Part shown: piece after piece, positions 47,812-58,227 of the stretch
How positions within the stretch are numbered: the first letter of the stretch is position 1
How the letters are laid out: the number at the start of each line of letters is the position of its first letter
Source: Alphaproteobacteria bacterium
GTDB lineage: Bacteria > Pseudomonadota > Alphaproteobacteria > SP197
Assembly: GCA_964291265.2 (NCBI GenBank)
Contig: OZ219746.1
Span: 9,578-73,577, forward strand
Direction of reading: 5' to 3'
DNA length: 64,000 nt
The notes under the pieces: model-generated
What the model saw: only the letters and a program-made list of their open reading frames with translations
Database searches by the model: none
Told to the model about the DNA's origin: nothing
Made by a program: the position numbers and the translations under genes

Positions 47812-49137
47812 ATGGTGATGCGCAGCAACAAGGCCCGGAAGGCCGATCTCGAAAGGGCCGTGGCGGAGTCGTTTTCCAGGTATGCGGCGCGCAATCCGCG
47901 AAGCCGGGAGGAGGACCTGAAGGCCGCGGACCACTTGCCGGGCGGCAACACCCGCACGGTGATCTTCCATCCTCCCTTTCCACTGACCATCGCCCGGGGT
48001 GAAGGCCAGTATGTCGAGGACATCGATCATCACCGATACGCGAACTTTGTCGGCGAGTTCGGCGCCGGACTCTTCGGTCATTCCGATCCCGACATCGCCG
48101 GCGCCATAGGACGCGCGGTCTCGGACGGGTGGGTGCTCGGTGGTCCCAACCGCTACGAGCGCATCCTCGCCGCCGAACTCGTCCATCGCTTTCCTTCCAT
48201 CGACAGGATCCGGTTCACCAACTCGGGCACCGAGGCCAACTTGATGGCCATCAGCATATCCCGGGTGGTTTCCGGCCGGTCGAAGGTGATGGTGTTCGAG
48301 GGCGCCTACCATGGAGGCGTCTTCCTGTTCGGCCACGGCGGGTCCCCCATGAACGCCCCCTTCGACTATGTCATGGCGCCCTTCAACAACGCACCAGCGA
48401 CCGTCGATCTTGTCGAACGCCACGCCGATGAGCTGGCCTGTGTCGTCATCGAGCCGATGCAGGGATCGGGCGGCATGATCCCCGCAGACAGGAGTTTCCT
48501 CGCGGCATTGCGGGAAGTCACCAGCCGTCACGGCATCATCCTCATCTTTGACGAGGTCGTGACAAGCCGCCTCTCGGGCGGTGGGCTCCAGGAGGTCCTC
48601 GGCGTGACGCCCGACATGACAACCCTGGGCAAGTACATCGGCGGTGGCGCCGCCTTTGGCGCCTTCGGTGGCCGCGCCGACATCATGGCGCGTTTCGATC
48701 CGCGGTCGCCGCAGGCGGTGGCCCATGCCGGCACCTTCAACAACAACGTCATCACCCACGCCGCCGGGGCGACGGCGATGACGCGAATCTACACGCCTGA
48801 CGTCGCCGGGACCTTCAATGCCCGGGGCGACGCGTTCCGCGAGGACCTGAACGCCATCATCGCTCGCCATCGTTTGCCCATGGTGGTGACCGGCCTCGGC
48901 TCCGTCATGCAGATCCACTGTTGCGAAGGACCGTTGAGGGACGAACACGATGCCGCGAGGGACGACGAGCTCAAGTCGCGACTCCTCTTCCACGAACTCC
49001 TCGCCCGGGGCCAGCGCATGACCTGGCGCAATTCACTGCTTCTGTGTCTGCCCATGACCGATGACGACCTCGAGGCCTTCTGCGCGGCCTTCGGCGACGT
49101 TCTCGGCGAACACGGTCATCTCTTCGCCATGGACTGA
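47812..49137 (+). CDS. Class-III (PLP-dependent) aminotransferase, glutamate-1-semialdehyde aminomutase-like
   Basis: ..LPGGNTRTVIFHPPFPLTIARGEGQYVEDIDHHRY.., ..FTNSGTEANLMAI.., ..LIFDEVVTSRLSGGG.. and ..TTLGKYIGGG.. (PLP-Lys context). Confidence 0.85.
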   Translation: MVMRSNKARKADLERAVAESFSRYAARNPRSREEDLKAADHLPGGNTRTVIFHPPFPLTIARGEGQYVEDIDHHRYANFVGEFGAGLFGHSDPDIAGAIGRAVSDGWVLGGPNRYERILAAELVHRFPSIDRIRFTNSGTEANLMAISISRVVSGRSKVMVFEGAYHGGVFLFGHGGSPMNAPFDYVMAPFNNAPATVDLVERHADELACVVIEPMQGSGGMIPADRSFLAALREVTSRHGIILIFDEVVTSRLSGGGLQEVLGVTPDMTTLGKYIGGGAAFGAFGGRADIMARFDPRSPQAVAHAGTFNNNVITHAAGATAMTRIYTPDVAGTFNARGDAFREDLNAIIARHRLPMVVTGLGSVMQIHCCEGPLRDEHDAARDDELKSRLLFHELLARGQRMTWRNSLLLCLPMTDDDLEAFCAAFGDVLGEHGHLFAMD

Positions 49138-49161
49138 TCCTCAACCCGCTGGATCAGGAGC

Positions 49162-50412
49162 TTAAGCGCCGTCGAGGTAGTCGAAGGCGGAGAGAGCGTG
49201 GCTGCGGATGACGTGGAAGAAATCGTCGAGCGGAACGTGCTCGTCGCGCTGGCCCATGCCGGTGGGGAAGGGACCGTAGACATAGGCATCGATACCCCGA
49301 TAGCGCCACAGCCTCGCATCGGTTCCGCCGAGGCTGACGATGGGTTGGGGCCGGAATCCCGCCAGGGCCTCGACGTTGTCCTGGAGAATGCCGACCATGG
49401 CTCCATGGGGGTCGCACCATGAGGGGGCCATGTAGTTCTGTTCCTCCATCGTCACCTGAGGCCAGCGCGTCAGGACCTTCTCCACGACACTCTGAACGGT
49501 CTCCCTGTCGCCGCCGACAGGCAGGCGGAAGTCGGCCTCGATCGTCGCCGCACCGGGAATCACGTTGACCTTGAGACCGGATTCGATGACGCCGATATTG
49601 CACGTGACCTTCTGGATGATGGCATGGGCTCCCTCTCCCATGGCCCGGTCGAGGGTGTCGCGCGCCTCCTCGATGGCACGGCCGATGTTGTGGGGAGGAT
49701 CGACATGAATGGCATCGACCGAAGCCCGAAGATCCCGGCAGAAATCCATCGCCACCAGGCTGGCACTGTCGCCGGCATGGGTGTAGGCGCCGTGTGCGCC
49801 CGTGGTCGTGACACGGAACGTCACCCACCACGGTCCCTTCTCGGCGAAGCGGATGGAGTAGGGACTCGATGGCTCGCCGTTGAGGCAGCAGTCACCGTGG
49901 ACTTCCGGGTGGCGTTCGATCAGATGGCGCGCACCCCAGGGACCGAATGTCTCCTCGTCGGAGACGCAGGTCAGGGTGAGGCGGCCGTTGAGATGCTCGC
50001 GAAGCCTGGAGAGGTACATGTAGGTGAAGATCGATGCAGAGGTGCCGCACTTCATGTCCGCGGAGCCGCGGCCCCACACGGCGCCGTCCTCGATGGCGCC
50101 CGACCAGGGAGACCCGTGGGTCCATGGTTCGGGCGCCGCAGGAAACACGTCAATGTGACCGTTGAGCACAAGGTGGCGCCCGTCGCCGGAGCCATCGAAG
50201 CTGGCGACGACATTCGGGAACATCGGTTCCGGGTCGATCACCCGGTGCGCCAGGCCGTGCTCGTCCAGAAAGCGTCGGATGTGCGCCACCGCCTTGCGTG
50301 TGTCGCCGGGCGGATTGGGCGTCGGCGTGGCGACGAAGTCGCTGAAGAAGCCCTCCAGCGTCCGTCGGTCTTCCTCGATCCAGTCGAGCAGTTGCTGTTT
50401 GAGATCGGCCAT
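49162..50412 (-). CDS. M20-family metallopeptidase/deacylase (ArgE/DapE/CPG2-like)
   Basis: ..HLVLNGHIDVFPA.., ..WGRGSADMKCG.., ..VSDEETFGPWG... Its ATG shares one nucleotide with the holA stop. Confidence 0.85.
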   Translation of the reverse strand: MADLKQQLLDWIEEDRRTLEGFFSDFVATPTPNPPGDTRKAVAHIRRFLDEHGLAHRVIDPEPMFPNVVASFDGSGDGRHLVLNGHIDVFPAAPEPWTHGSPWSGAIEDGAVWGRGSADMKCGTSASIFTYMYLSRLREHLNGRLTLTCVSDEETFGPWGARHLIERHPEVHGDCCLNGEPSSPYSIRFAEKGPWWVTFRVTTTGAHGAYTHAGDSASLVAMDFCRDLRASVDAIHVDPPHNIGRAIEEARDTLDRAMGEGAHAIIQKVTCNIGVIESGLKVNVIPGAATIEADFRLPVGGDRETVQSVVEKVLTRWPQVTMEEQNYMAPSWCDPHGAMVGILQDNVEALAGFRPQPIVSLGGTDARLWRYRGIDAYVYGPFPTGMGQRDEHVPLDDFFHVIRSHALSAFDYLDGA

Positions 50413-51449
50413 CAGTGTCTCCTTGGTCTGTTTCCGGCCGCTGTTCTGGCGACATCGAACAGTGTCCGCCGGCAGATGGTGGTGTCAGGCATGCCGGGCA
50501 GTCGGCATCGTGCCTCGGCATCGAAGAGGTAATCGCGGGCACGGCGGACGAGAGGCGCATTCCACCGCCGGCCCGCGGCCTTCAACGCGTTCTCGGCGCG
50601 GAAATGAAGCACGCGCGCCGAGTTCATGGCTTGGGCCTCGTTGACGCCCCGCTCCTTCAGTGCGAGGACGAGCTCAAGCTGGGTCAGGTGGCGGCGCACC
50701 GCGGCAAGGATGATGGTGGGTTCTTCCCGGTTGGCCAGTGCCCTCTCGAGACAGCGGTCGAGGTCGTCGAGATTCCCGGACGAAACGCTGTAGGCGATGC
50801 GGTCCAGGGAGAGGAAGGAACTGTCGGCCACCACGTTTTCGACATCGTTGGCCGTTGCCCTCTGGCCCGTCCCCACGTAGAGGGCGAGCTTGGCAATCTC
50901 GTTGCGGGTCTGCATCCGGTCGCCTCCCAGACAGGATTCGAGGAGGCGCCTGGCGTCGCCGTCAGCGGTGATGCCCTGCCTGGAGAGCTCGTCGGCGATC
51001 ACCGACTCGAGCACCCGTCCCTCGTCACGATAGCACGCCAGGGCGGCGGCATCCTTCGCTCTCTCGAAGGTCGAGCGCAGTTTCGAGCGGGCGGCGAGTT
51101 CGCCGGCCTCGACGAGGATCAGGGTATCGCCAGTCGGCAGTTTCATGACCTCTGCCATGGTCGTGGCGAAACCGTCCGCCGCGCCGCGCACCCTGACGAC
51201 CCTGCGCCCACCGGTCATGGAGAGCGACACCGCTTCCTCCCTGAGTCGTGCCGGATCCCTTGCTGCCTCGTCACCGGTCAGGTCGCAGACCCGGAATGGA
51301 TCACGGGGATCATCGACCACGCCGCCGAGCAGGAGATTGCTGCGTTCCCTGACAAGTCCCTGGTCCGCCCCGTGGATCAGCACCGCCCTGATGGCATGGC
51401 CCGGAGCGCGGCAGAAGCCTTCGATCTCGCGCGCCGGGATCTTCACCAT
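50412..51449 (-). CDS. holA: DNA polymerase III subunit delta
   Basis: MVKIPAREIEGFCRAPGHAIRAVLIHGADQGLVRERS...; position downstream of leuS-lptE is conserved synteny. An alternative start lies 6 codons upstream at 51467. Confidence 0.85.
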   Translation of the reverse strand: MVKIPAREIEGFCRAPGHAIRAVLIHGADQGLVRERSNLLLGGVVDDPRDPFRVCDLTGDEAARDPARLREEAVSLSMTGGRRVVRVRGAADGFATTMAEVMKLPTGDTLILVEAGELAARSKLRSTFERAKDAAALACYRDEGRVLESVIADELSRQGITADGDARRLLESCLGGDRMQTRNEIAKLALYVGTGQRATANDVENVVADSSFLSLDRIAYSVSSGNLDDLDRCLERALANREEPTIILAAVRRHLTQLELVLALKERGVNEAQAMNSARVLHFRAENALKAAGRRWNAPLVRRARDYLFDAEARCRLPGMPDTTICRRTLFDVARTAAGNRPRRH

Positions 51450-51511
51450 CCGCCAGGTATCCGGCACAGGCGCCGCGCAAGCGGGGAGGACCGCTGCACG
51501 TCGGTCATGAC

Positions 51512-52048
51512 TCAGGACTCGGCGCCATCGTATGCACGGTGGAAGTGGAAGGACAGGAGGTAGGCGATGGTGTTGGCAAGATCTCTCGCCGCCTTGCGGG
51601 CCGTATCCTGGCGAGCCACCTGGGAGGAGTACTCCGAGACGACGACATCGTGACTTCCGGTGGACCGTGCCGTCGACTGGTAGAGCACCTCTCCGCTTCC
51701 GATGTCACGCAGCGTGAACGTTGCCGTCATGACAAGGTTGGATCGAGTCACGGTATAGGAACTCTCGATGATCAAAGGCGTGAAGCGCCGGGTGAAGGTG
51801 ACATCGAGAACGAAGCGCGGAGGCTGTTGGCCGTTGCCCGTGGAGAACCGGTCGATCAGCTCGTTGCGCATGATCTGGCCGAGACGGCGGTTCCGGCCGT
51901 CACCGATGCGATTGACCTGGATGGCTGCCAGCATCTCCTGCACCGATGGCGCGTTTCCGCGTTCGGCCAGGAGTGGCTCGAAGCCACAGGCCGGAACGAG
52001 AGCCGCCACCGGCAAGCACGCGAGAAACTTGCGGCGCGAGAGGTCCAT
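51512..52048 (-). CDS. lptE: LPS-assembly lipoprotein LptE
   Basis: MDLSRRKFLACLPVAALVPAC|GF is a lipobox. Size (178 aa) and position between leuS and holA fit. Confidence 0.8.
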   Translation of the reverse strand: MDLSRRKFLACLPVAALVPACGFEPLLAERGNAPSVQEMLAAIQVNRIGDGRNRRLGQIMRNELIDRFSTGNGQQPPRFVLDVTFTRRFTPLIIESSYTVTRSNLVMTATFTLRDIGSGEVLYQSTARSTGSHDVVVSEYSSQVARQDTARKAARDLANTIAYLLSFHFHRAYDGAES

Positions 52049-52052
52049 CCTG

Positions 52053-54611
52053 TCAGACGACGATGTTGACGACGCGGTTGGGGACCACGATCACCTTGCG
52101 GATGGGCCTGTCGCCGATGGCCCGTCTGACGTTGTCCTCGCCGAGCGCCGCCGATTCGACATGGTCATGGGCCGCATCCCGGGGCATATCGAGCCGCGCC
52201 CTCAGCCTGCCGTTGACCTGGACGGGAATGGTCACGGCGTCCGTGGTGGCGAGAACCGGGTCGGCCTCGGGCCATGGCGTGTCGGCGATCAGGGTCTCGT
52301 GACCGAGACGATTCCACATCTCCTCGGCAAGGTGCGGCATCATCGGTCCGATCAGGCGCACCAGCATCTCAAGGGACTCGCGCAAGGCCTCCGGTACGCC
52401 CGGCTGTGCCGCATGAACGCCGGCGACGGCGTTGACGAGTTCGTGAATGCGCGCCACCGCCCGGTTGAAGTGAAACTTCTCGATATCCACGGTGATGCCG
52501 GCGATCGTCCTGTGGACGACACGGCGCAGTTCGAGGCCCGCTCCCTCGACCTTCGGCACGGGTGTTCCCGGTGGTGGCAGCAGGTCCAGCATCTCGTTCG
52601 TCATGCGGGCGATGCGCTGAACGAACCGGTGGGCCCCCGCGATGCCGCTGTCTGTCCATTCAAGGCCACGGTCCGGCGGCGAGTCCGACAGCATGAACCA
52701 GCGTGCCGTATCGGCGCCGTAGTCGCGGATGATGCTCTCCGGATCGACCACGTTCTTGCGGGACTTGGACATTTTCTCCGAGCGTCCGACGGTGACGGCC
52801 TCGCCGGTCTCGCGGGAGAGCACGCCGCCGTCCTCATCCCGGATGACCTCCCGCGGTTCGAGATAGGAGCCATCTGCCAGTCGGTAGGTCTCGTGTCCCA
52901 CCATGCCTTGCGTGAAGAGGCCGGCAAAGGGCTCGTCAAGGTCGAGGTAGCCGCAGCGCCTGAGAGCACGCGTGAAGAAGCGCGAGTAGAGGAGGTGCAG
53001 AACGGCATGTTCGATGCCGCCGATGTACTGGTCGACCGGCATCCAGTAGTCGATGGCGTCGCGTGAGGCCGGTGTTGCGGCATGGGGCGAACAGAAACGC
53101 AGAAAGTACCAGCTCGAATCGACGAAGGTATCGAGAGTGTCGGTATCGCGCCGCGCCCTGCCATGGCAACGCGGACAGGTGACGTGTTTCCACGTGGGGT
53201 GATGATCGAGCGGATTGCCCGGGTGTCCGAGGTCGATGTCGTCGGGAAGCCGGACGGGAAGGTCGTCCTTGGGTACCGGGACGATTCCGCAATCGGGACA
53301 GTGGATCACCGGAATGGGACATCCCCAGTAACGCTGGCGCGACACCCCCCAGTCCCGCAGCCTGTAGTTGATCTCGCGGTGTCCGGTGCCATCAGCCTCC
53401 ATTCTCGAGGCAACCGCCTCCTTGGCCTCGGTGACGGAAAGACCGTCAAGGAAGGCCGAGTTGGCGAGTACGCCGTCGCCGACGAATGCCTCGGAGGTGA
53501 CCTGGAAGCCGGCTGCGTCGCTCTCACGGGGCACGACCACGGGAATCACGTCGAGACCATAGGCATGGGCAAACTCGAGATCGCGCTGATCATGGGCGGG
53601 ACAACCGAATATCGCCCCCGATCCATAGTCCATCAGCACGAAATTGGCGACGAAGACGGGAAGTTCCCGGCCATCGAAGGGGTGGATCGCGACAAGTCCG
53701 GTGTCGATGCCCTTCTTGTCAGCCCGTTCCATGGCTTCCTCGCCGGTGGACGCGCGTCGACACTCCTCGATGAAGTCGTCCAGTCGGGGCACCGTGCGGA
53801 CAAGATCCGCACTCCACGGGTGCTCCGGGGAAATGGCCATGAAACTGGCGCCGAAGATGGTGTCATGGCGGGTCGTGAAGACTTCAAGCCTGTCACCGCG
53901 CCCCTTGACCGAGAACAGCATTCTCAAGCCCTCGGAGCGACCGATCCAGTTGGCCTGCATGACGCGGACCTTGTCCGGCCAGCGCTCCAGTTCCGCCAGG
54001 GCATCCGTCAGTTCGTCGGCAAATTCCGTGATTTTCAGCACCCACTGATTCAGACGCCGCTTTTCGATGAGGGCGCCGGATCGCCATCCCCGGCCGTCGA
54101 TCACCTGCTCGTTGGCGAGAACGGTGAGATCGACCGGATCCCAGTTGACCATGGTGTCCCGGCGGTCGACGAGGCCGGCTCCGAGGAAGTCGAGAAAGAG
54201 CTCCTGCTGGTGCCTGTAGTATTCGGGGAGGCACGTGGTGATCTCGCGCGACCAGTCCAGGGACAGTCCCATGGACTGCAGCTGGCGGCGCATGGTGGCG
54301 ATGTTGGCCAGGGTCCAGTCGCGCGGATGGACGCCCTTCTCCATGGCGGCATTCTCCGCCGGAAGGCCGAAGGCGTCCCAGCCCATGGGGTGCAGGACAT
54401 TGAATCCCCGGGCCCGCTTGTAGCGGGCGACGAGGTCCCCCATGGCGTAGTTGCGCACATGCCCCATGTGAATACGGCCACTGGGGTAGGGAAACATCTC
54501 GAGAACATAGGCCTTGGGTCGCTCGTCATCCTCGACGGCGACAAAGGTCTCTCTTTCCTCCCAGACCTGTCTCCAGCGGGTTTCAGCCTCGTGGAAGTCG
54601 TAAGTGTCCAT
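52053..54611 (-). CDS. leuS: Leucine--tRNA ligase
   Basis: ..[16 protein letters not shown].. is the HIGH motif and ..KMSKSRKN.. is the KMSKS motif. 852 aa. Confidence 0.97.
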   Translation of the reverse strand: MDTYDFHEAETRWRQVWEERETFVAVEDDERPKAYVLEMFPYPSGRIHMGHVRNYAMGDLVARYKRARGFNVLHPMGWDAFGLPAENAAMEKGVHPRDWTLANIATMRRQLQSMGLSLDWSREITTCLPEYYRHQQELFLDFLGAGLVDRRDTMVNWDPVDLTVLANEQVIDGRGWRSGALIEKRRLNQWVLKITEFADELTDALAELERWPDKVRVMQANWIGRSEGLRMLFSVKGRGDRLEVFTTRHDTIFGASFMAISPEHPWSADLVRTVPRLDDFIEECRRASTGEEAMERADKKGIDTGLVAIHPFDGRELPVFVANFVLMDYGSGAIFGCPAHDQRDLEFAHAYGLDVIPVVVPRESDAAGFQVTSEAFVGDGVLANSAFLDGLSVTEAKEAVASRMEADGTGHREINYRLRDWGVSRQRYWGCPIPVIHCPDCGIVPVPKDDLPVRLPDDIDLGHPGNPLDHHPTWKHVTCPRCHGRARRDTDTLDTFVDSSWYFLRFCSPHAATPASRDAIDYWMPVDQYIGGIEHAVLHLLYSRFFTRALRRCGYLDLDEPFAGLFTQGMVGHETYRLADGSYLEPREVIRDEDGGVLSRETGEAVTVGRSEKMSKSRKNVVDPESIIRDYGADTARWFMLSDSPPDRGLEWTDSGIAGAHRFVQRIARMTNEMLDLLPPPGTPVPKVEGAGLELRRVVHRTIAGITVDIEKFHFNRAVARIHELVNAVAGVHAAQPGVPEALRESLEMLVRLIGPMMPHLAEEMWNRLGHETLIADTPWPEADPVLATTDAVTIPVQVNGRLRARLDMPRDAAHDHVESAALGEDNVRRAIGDRPIRKVIVVPNRVVNIVV

Positions 54612-54646
54612 CGCTGGCGCCCCCGAAGGGATCGTCCGTCATCCGC

Positions 54647-55237
54647 TCACTCGCCAAGCCAGGCGATGCGCAACAGCCGTGCCTTCGTCAGGATGGCGTT
54701 TTCGAGCGCCGTGGCCGTATCGTCCGAGGCGGCCGCGTCCTGCCATCCGTCGGTGCCCTGGACCTGCCGGTTGACGGCAACACGCAGAGCCGAGGCCGTC
54801 AGTCTAGTGTCGAGTATGTAGACCGCTACCTTGAGCCGTTCCTCCGGTGATTCGGGCGGCCTGTACCAGTCGTAGATGATGACGCCGCCGAAGGGATCAG
54901 CGGAAAGCGGTGGCAGGAAGGCGAGCGTGTCGAGTGAAGCGCGCCACAGGAAGGCGTTGACGCCAAGCCCCCCGCCCGGACGCTCGCTTGCGCTGCCGGA
55001 CAACAGCGCGTTGATGCCTCCGCTGCCGAAAATGGTCTCGCGATCGGGATCGTCGATGTCCGGTTCGAAGCGGCCCTGAGGTGTGCTTATGGTATCCTCG
55101 ACGCCTTCGTAGGAAACATCCTGGCCGCCGCAGGCGGCAAGAAAACCCGCCAGCAGGATGGCGCCGGACGCAGGAAAGCTGAGGTATGCAAGGGGTGTGC
55201 GCAAGATCACGACTGTCCTGTCAGGATGGCTGTTCAT
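54647..55237 (-). CDS. DUF3576 domain lipoprotein
   Basis: ..ILLAGFLAAC|GG is a lipobox. ..VNAFLWRASLDTLAFLPPLSADPFGGVIIYDWY... is the DUF3576 core. Confidence 0.7.
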   Translation of the reverse strand: MNSHPDRTVVILRTPLAYLSFPASGAILLAGFLAACGGQDVSYEGVEDTISTPQGRFEPDIDDPDRETIFGSGGINALLSGSASERPGGGLGVNAFLWRASLDTLAFLPPLSADPFGGVIIYDWYRPPESPEERLKVAVYILDTRLTASALRVAVNRQVQGTDGWQDAAASDDTATALENAILTKARLLRIAWLGE

Positions 55238-55665
55238 ATCCGTGCAGTCTGTTACGGCGACAGTCGGCGGGCAAGCAGATTCTCGTCGCCTGTCGGCGGC
55301 GCCGGGGTCGGCAGGATGCGCCAGGTCGTCCTCCCTCTCGAGGCAGGTGTTCACGGCATGCGCGGGCATGGTCGAACCGCTCCCCGGCGCCGAGTTCCCG
55401 TGTGCGGTGCTCCTCGAGGCTGAAGAGAACGAGGATGTCCTGCATGGCCCCTCGCAGGGCCGCCACCGGCACGACCTTTCCCCGTGCAGTCACCTTCCGG
55501 TTGAGGAAGCGGCTCGCGGATTCATCGGCCATCCGCGCCGGTTCCGTCTCCGCTCTCCGGTTCCGTGCCCGACGCCTCGATGAGACGCTTGACGGGTATC
55601 CGGCATGATGCAGGGCGACCTCCGGTCCATCTCCCGAACACAACGCGGTACGTCCGGCCGCGGGT

Positions 55666-56667
55666 TCAACCGGCACAGGTCTCCCGGCGTCCCACTCGGT
55701 CAGCCATGAGACAGAGCATTTCCCACATCATCTGCGCACCGTTGAGCGACGTGATGGAGGCGCTGTCAAAGGGAGGCGACACCTCGACGACATCCGCGCC
55801 GATGATATCGATGCCCATGAGTCCGCGCAGCACCTGCTGGGCCTCCCATGTCGTGTAGCCGCCGACTTCAGGCGTGCCTGTCCCCGGTGCGTAGACAGGG
55901 TCGAGCCCGTCGACATCGAAACTGACATAGACCGGACCATCGCCGACGACCTCGCGCGCCCGGGCGATGACGGCCTCGATGCCCATGGCATAGAACTCCT
56001 CGATATGAATGACGGTCATGCCGCTCTCGTAGCTGAAGTCCCAAAGGACTTCCGCCGGCCCGCGGATGCCGATCTGGATGGTGCGTTTCGGGTCGAGGGC
56101 CCCGTCCTCCACGGCCACCCTGAAGGGACCGCCGTGGTGGTGCTTGTGGCCGAACAGTTCGGGGCCGGTGTCGCAATGGGCGTCGAAGTGGATGAGCCCC
56201 ATCGGTTCACCCAGCGAGTTCTTCAGTGCCCGCATGATCGGCAGGGTGATGGAGTGATCTCCTCCCGCGGTCAGCGGCATCACGTCGGCCGCTGCCACGC
56301 GATCGTAGAACGACTCGATGTCGCCCATGGCGCGTTCGAGTGCGTAGACCCCCTCGATCATGACATCGCCGATATCGGCGACCCGGGCCGTGTCGAAGGG
56401 ACGCACGCCGGTCTTGTGGTTGATGCGACCCATGAGGGTGGACTGCTCACGCAGGGCCCGGGGACCGTGGCGGGCTCCGGGACGGTTCGTCACGGCCCCG
56501 TCGAAGGGGACGCCTGCGATTCCGATGTCGATGTCGCCCCAGGATTCGGGATTCTCGCGCAACTCCTGGCGCATGAACGTCGCCACGCCTGCATAGCGGT
56601 GGCGGAACACCGCTCCCCAGGCAAGCTTGCGCGCCTCGGGTACTCCATTGTCCGTGGTGTCACTCAT
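55666..56667 (-). CDS. Agmatinase/guanidino-acid hydrolase (arginase-family ureohydrolase)
   Basis: ..GVPFDGAVTNRPGARHGP.., ..GGDHSITLP.., ..HFDAHCDT.., ..SFDVDGLDP.. and ..DVVEVSP.. are the Mn-binding motifs. Confidence 0.9.
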   Translation of the reverse strand: MSDTTDNGVPEARKLAWGAVFRHRYAGVATFMRQELRENPESWGDIDIGIAGVPFDGAVTNRPGARHGPRALREQSTLMGRINHKTGVRPFDTARVADIGDVMIEGVYALERAMGDIESFYDRVAAADVMPLTAGGDHSITLPIMRALKNSLGEPMGLIHFDAHCDTGPELFGHKHHHGGPFRVAVEDGALDPKRTIQIGIRGPAEVLWDFSYESGMTVIHIEEFYAMGIEAVIARAREVVGDGPVYVSFDVDGLDPVYAPGTGTPEVGGYTTWEAQQVLRGLMGIDIIGADVVEVSPPFDSASITSLNGAQMMWEMLCLMADRVGRRETCAG

Positions 56668-56740
56668 GACTGTCTTCCCGTTTCACGGTTTCCGTCATAC
56701 TATCGGCGGGAATCGGGCCTGTCGCCATCGATCAATCGCC

Positions 56741-57214
56741 GTGGTGATCCTCATTCCGCACGACACTGCCATACCCCGACTGGGACGGCGCCTGCCCGGA
56801 GTCGTCTACCAGGAGCGGGCGAGCGTCTACGGGTTGGCATCGGACCGCGAAGGACGAATCCTTGCCTGCCGTCGGGGCGGAAACCGGGTGGTGCTTCCCG
56901 GGGGCGGCCTTGAGGAAGCCGAGAGCGAAGGGGAGGCACTCCGGCGGGAAGTCGCGGAAGAGACGGGTTACCGCGTTCTCGCTGCCCGTTCGCTGTGCCG
57001 GGCCTGGCAGTATCACAACAACCGCCATGCCAAGCCGCCGGCCAGGAAGCACTGCCACTTCTTCATCATGGACATTGCCTGCATAAGGTCGTCCCCGGTG
57101 GAAGCCGATCATGTCCCGGTCTGGCTCGATCCCGAAGAACTGTCCGCGACGCTGACCTTCGAGAGTCATCGCTGGGCCGTCACGGTGCTCCGCAGCCTGC
57201 CCCCCGTCCTGTAA
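56741..57214 (+). CDS. NUDIX hydrolase
   Basis: The Nudix box is LPGGGLEEAESEGEALRREVAEETGY. The start is uncertain: GTG at 56741 was chosen because the upstream ATG at 56666 overlaps the divergent agmatinase start. Confidence 0.7.
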   Translation: MVILIPHDTAIPRLGRRLPGVVYQERASVYGLASDREGRILACRRGGNRVVLPGGGLEEAESEGEALRREVAEETGYRVLAARSLCRAWQYHNNRHAKPPARKHCHFFIMDIACIRSSPVEADHVPVWLDPEELSATLTFESHRWAVTVLRSLPPVL

Positions 57215-57379
57215 GCGTTCGGTCATGCAGTGATGGCTGGTGCGGCTCCGGTCTCTCTCAACGATCTGCCGACAGACAAGAGGCTGATCAAACGGTCCGC
57301 CGCACCTGCGGTGCCAATCAACTGATACAACATGCCCGATTCCTCTCGTTTCGGCTTGTCGTCTCCCCGATGTCACAGA

Positions 57380-57850
57380 ACACCGAAGGAACCATGGCGA
57401 CAACGCACCTCATCCAGCACCGGGTCGACGCGCTCAAGCGGGGGAAGGTCATCTCTGGATGGGGTGCGATACCGAACTGAAGGGCCTTGGCATCCGCATC
57501 ATGCCCTCGGGCACGAGGCGCCGCTTCATTCACTCCCGGCACGAGGGCTAAGAGGATCTGGAAGACCTTCGACGATGCCGGCGCCGTGCAGGAACGGCAA
57601 CCTGGCGGGCCTGTTGGATCGAGAGGGACGCACTCTTCGAGGCCGGCGCACGGGAAGTCCACCACGAACAGCTCTGGAAGCCTCGTACCCTCGAGGTCAA
57701 CCGGCACCATCTTCGCAGACAGATCCTGCCCTTCTTCGCTGGCCGCATGATCAGCGCCATGCAAGGCAGAACGTCGCAGCATGGTTCCGTTCTCTCCATG
57801 CAACACCGGTGGCGGCAAACCGATCTGCGCCGGTAACTGCTCACCCCCCG
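57380..57850 (+). pseudogene. Tyrosine integrase 5' relic (DUF4102/arm-binding and SAM-like N-domain), multiple frameshifts
   Basis: ..VDALKRGKVISGWG.. / ..GLGIRIMPSGTRRRFIHSRHEG.. (arm-binding-domain pattern) and ..RRQILPFFAGRMISAM.. / ..WFRSLHATPVAANRSAPV.. lie in different frames. Same family as the relic at 41930..42330. Confidence 0.55.
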
Positions 57851-58227
57851 CTGATCATGGATCGTTTCCTGGCGGCGTTCGGGTCCGGGCATCTTCTCTT
57901 GTCACCATCACTCGCCGAGCGTCGGGTGCCGGTTGGCAGGAACCGGTCCGGTCTTCGGCCCTTTCCGGCCCGTGGCGACAGGGCCGAACGGCTCACGGCT
58001 CAAGATGCCTTCCGGCCTCCGGCACCGTTCCGCGGCATGGGCGTCCAGCTGAACGGCCCCGGAGTCATGTTCTCCCCGGTCGTATCCGGCCCTTGCTCAT
58101 GGACAGGCAGGCGGATAGTTTGTCCGTGCGTTCGTCGCGGCCGTTCCGGGACATTCGGGGCCACGACAGGGAAGGTTCTCCGCACCCCACCCGGCCGCGG
58201 TTTCCGGCGCCGCGAAGGGAGAGATCA

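Noticed and set aside
57215-57400. A tRNA gene as integration target upstream of the integrase relic, and tRNA or rRNA genes anywhere in the window.
   Set aside because: No cloverleaf-compatible sequence or GGTTCGAxTCC-type T-arm was seen by eye. This is a manual scan only; tRNAscan-SE or ARAGORN should confirm it.
57781-58227. N-terminal 149-aa extension of ORF 57781..59793, and similar upstream extensions of ORFs 5525, 28626, 38294, 39516, 47488 and 55369.
   Set aside because: The family-typical N-termini (for example MTRRRLPIGIQGF.., MKQTE.. with lipobox, MADSIEFF.., MNKDSCPV.., MSRDPRYD..) start at internal ATGs with plausible Shine-Dalgarno sequences. The extensions are low-complexity.
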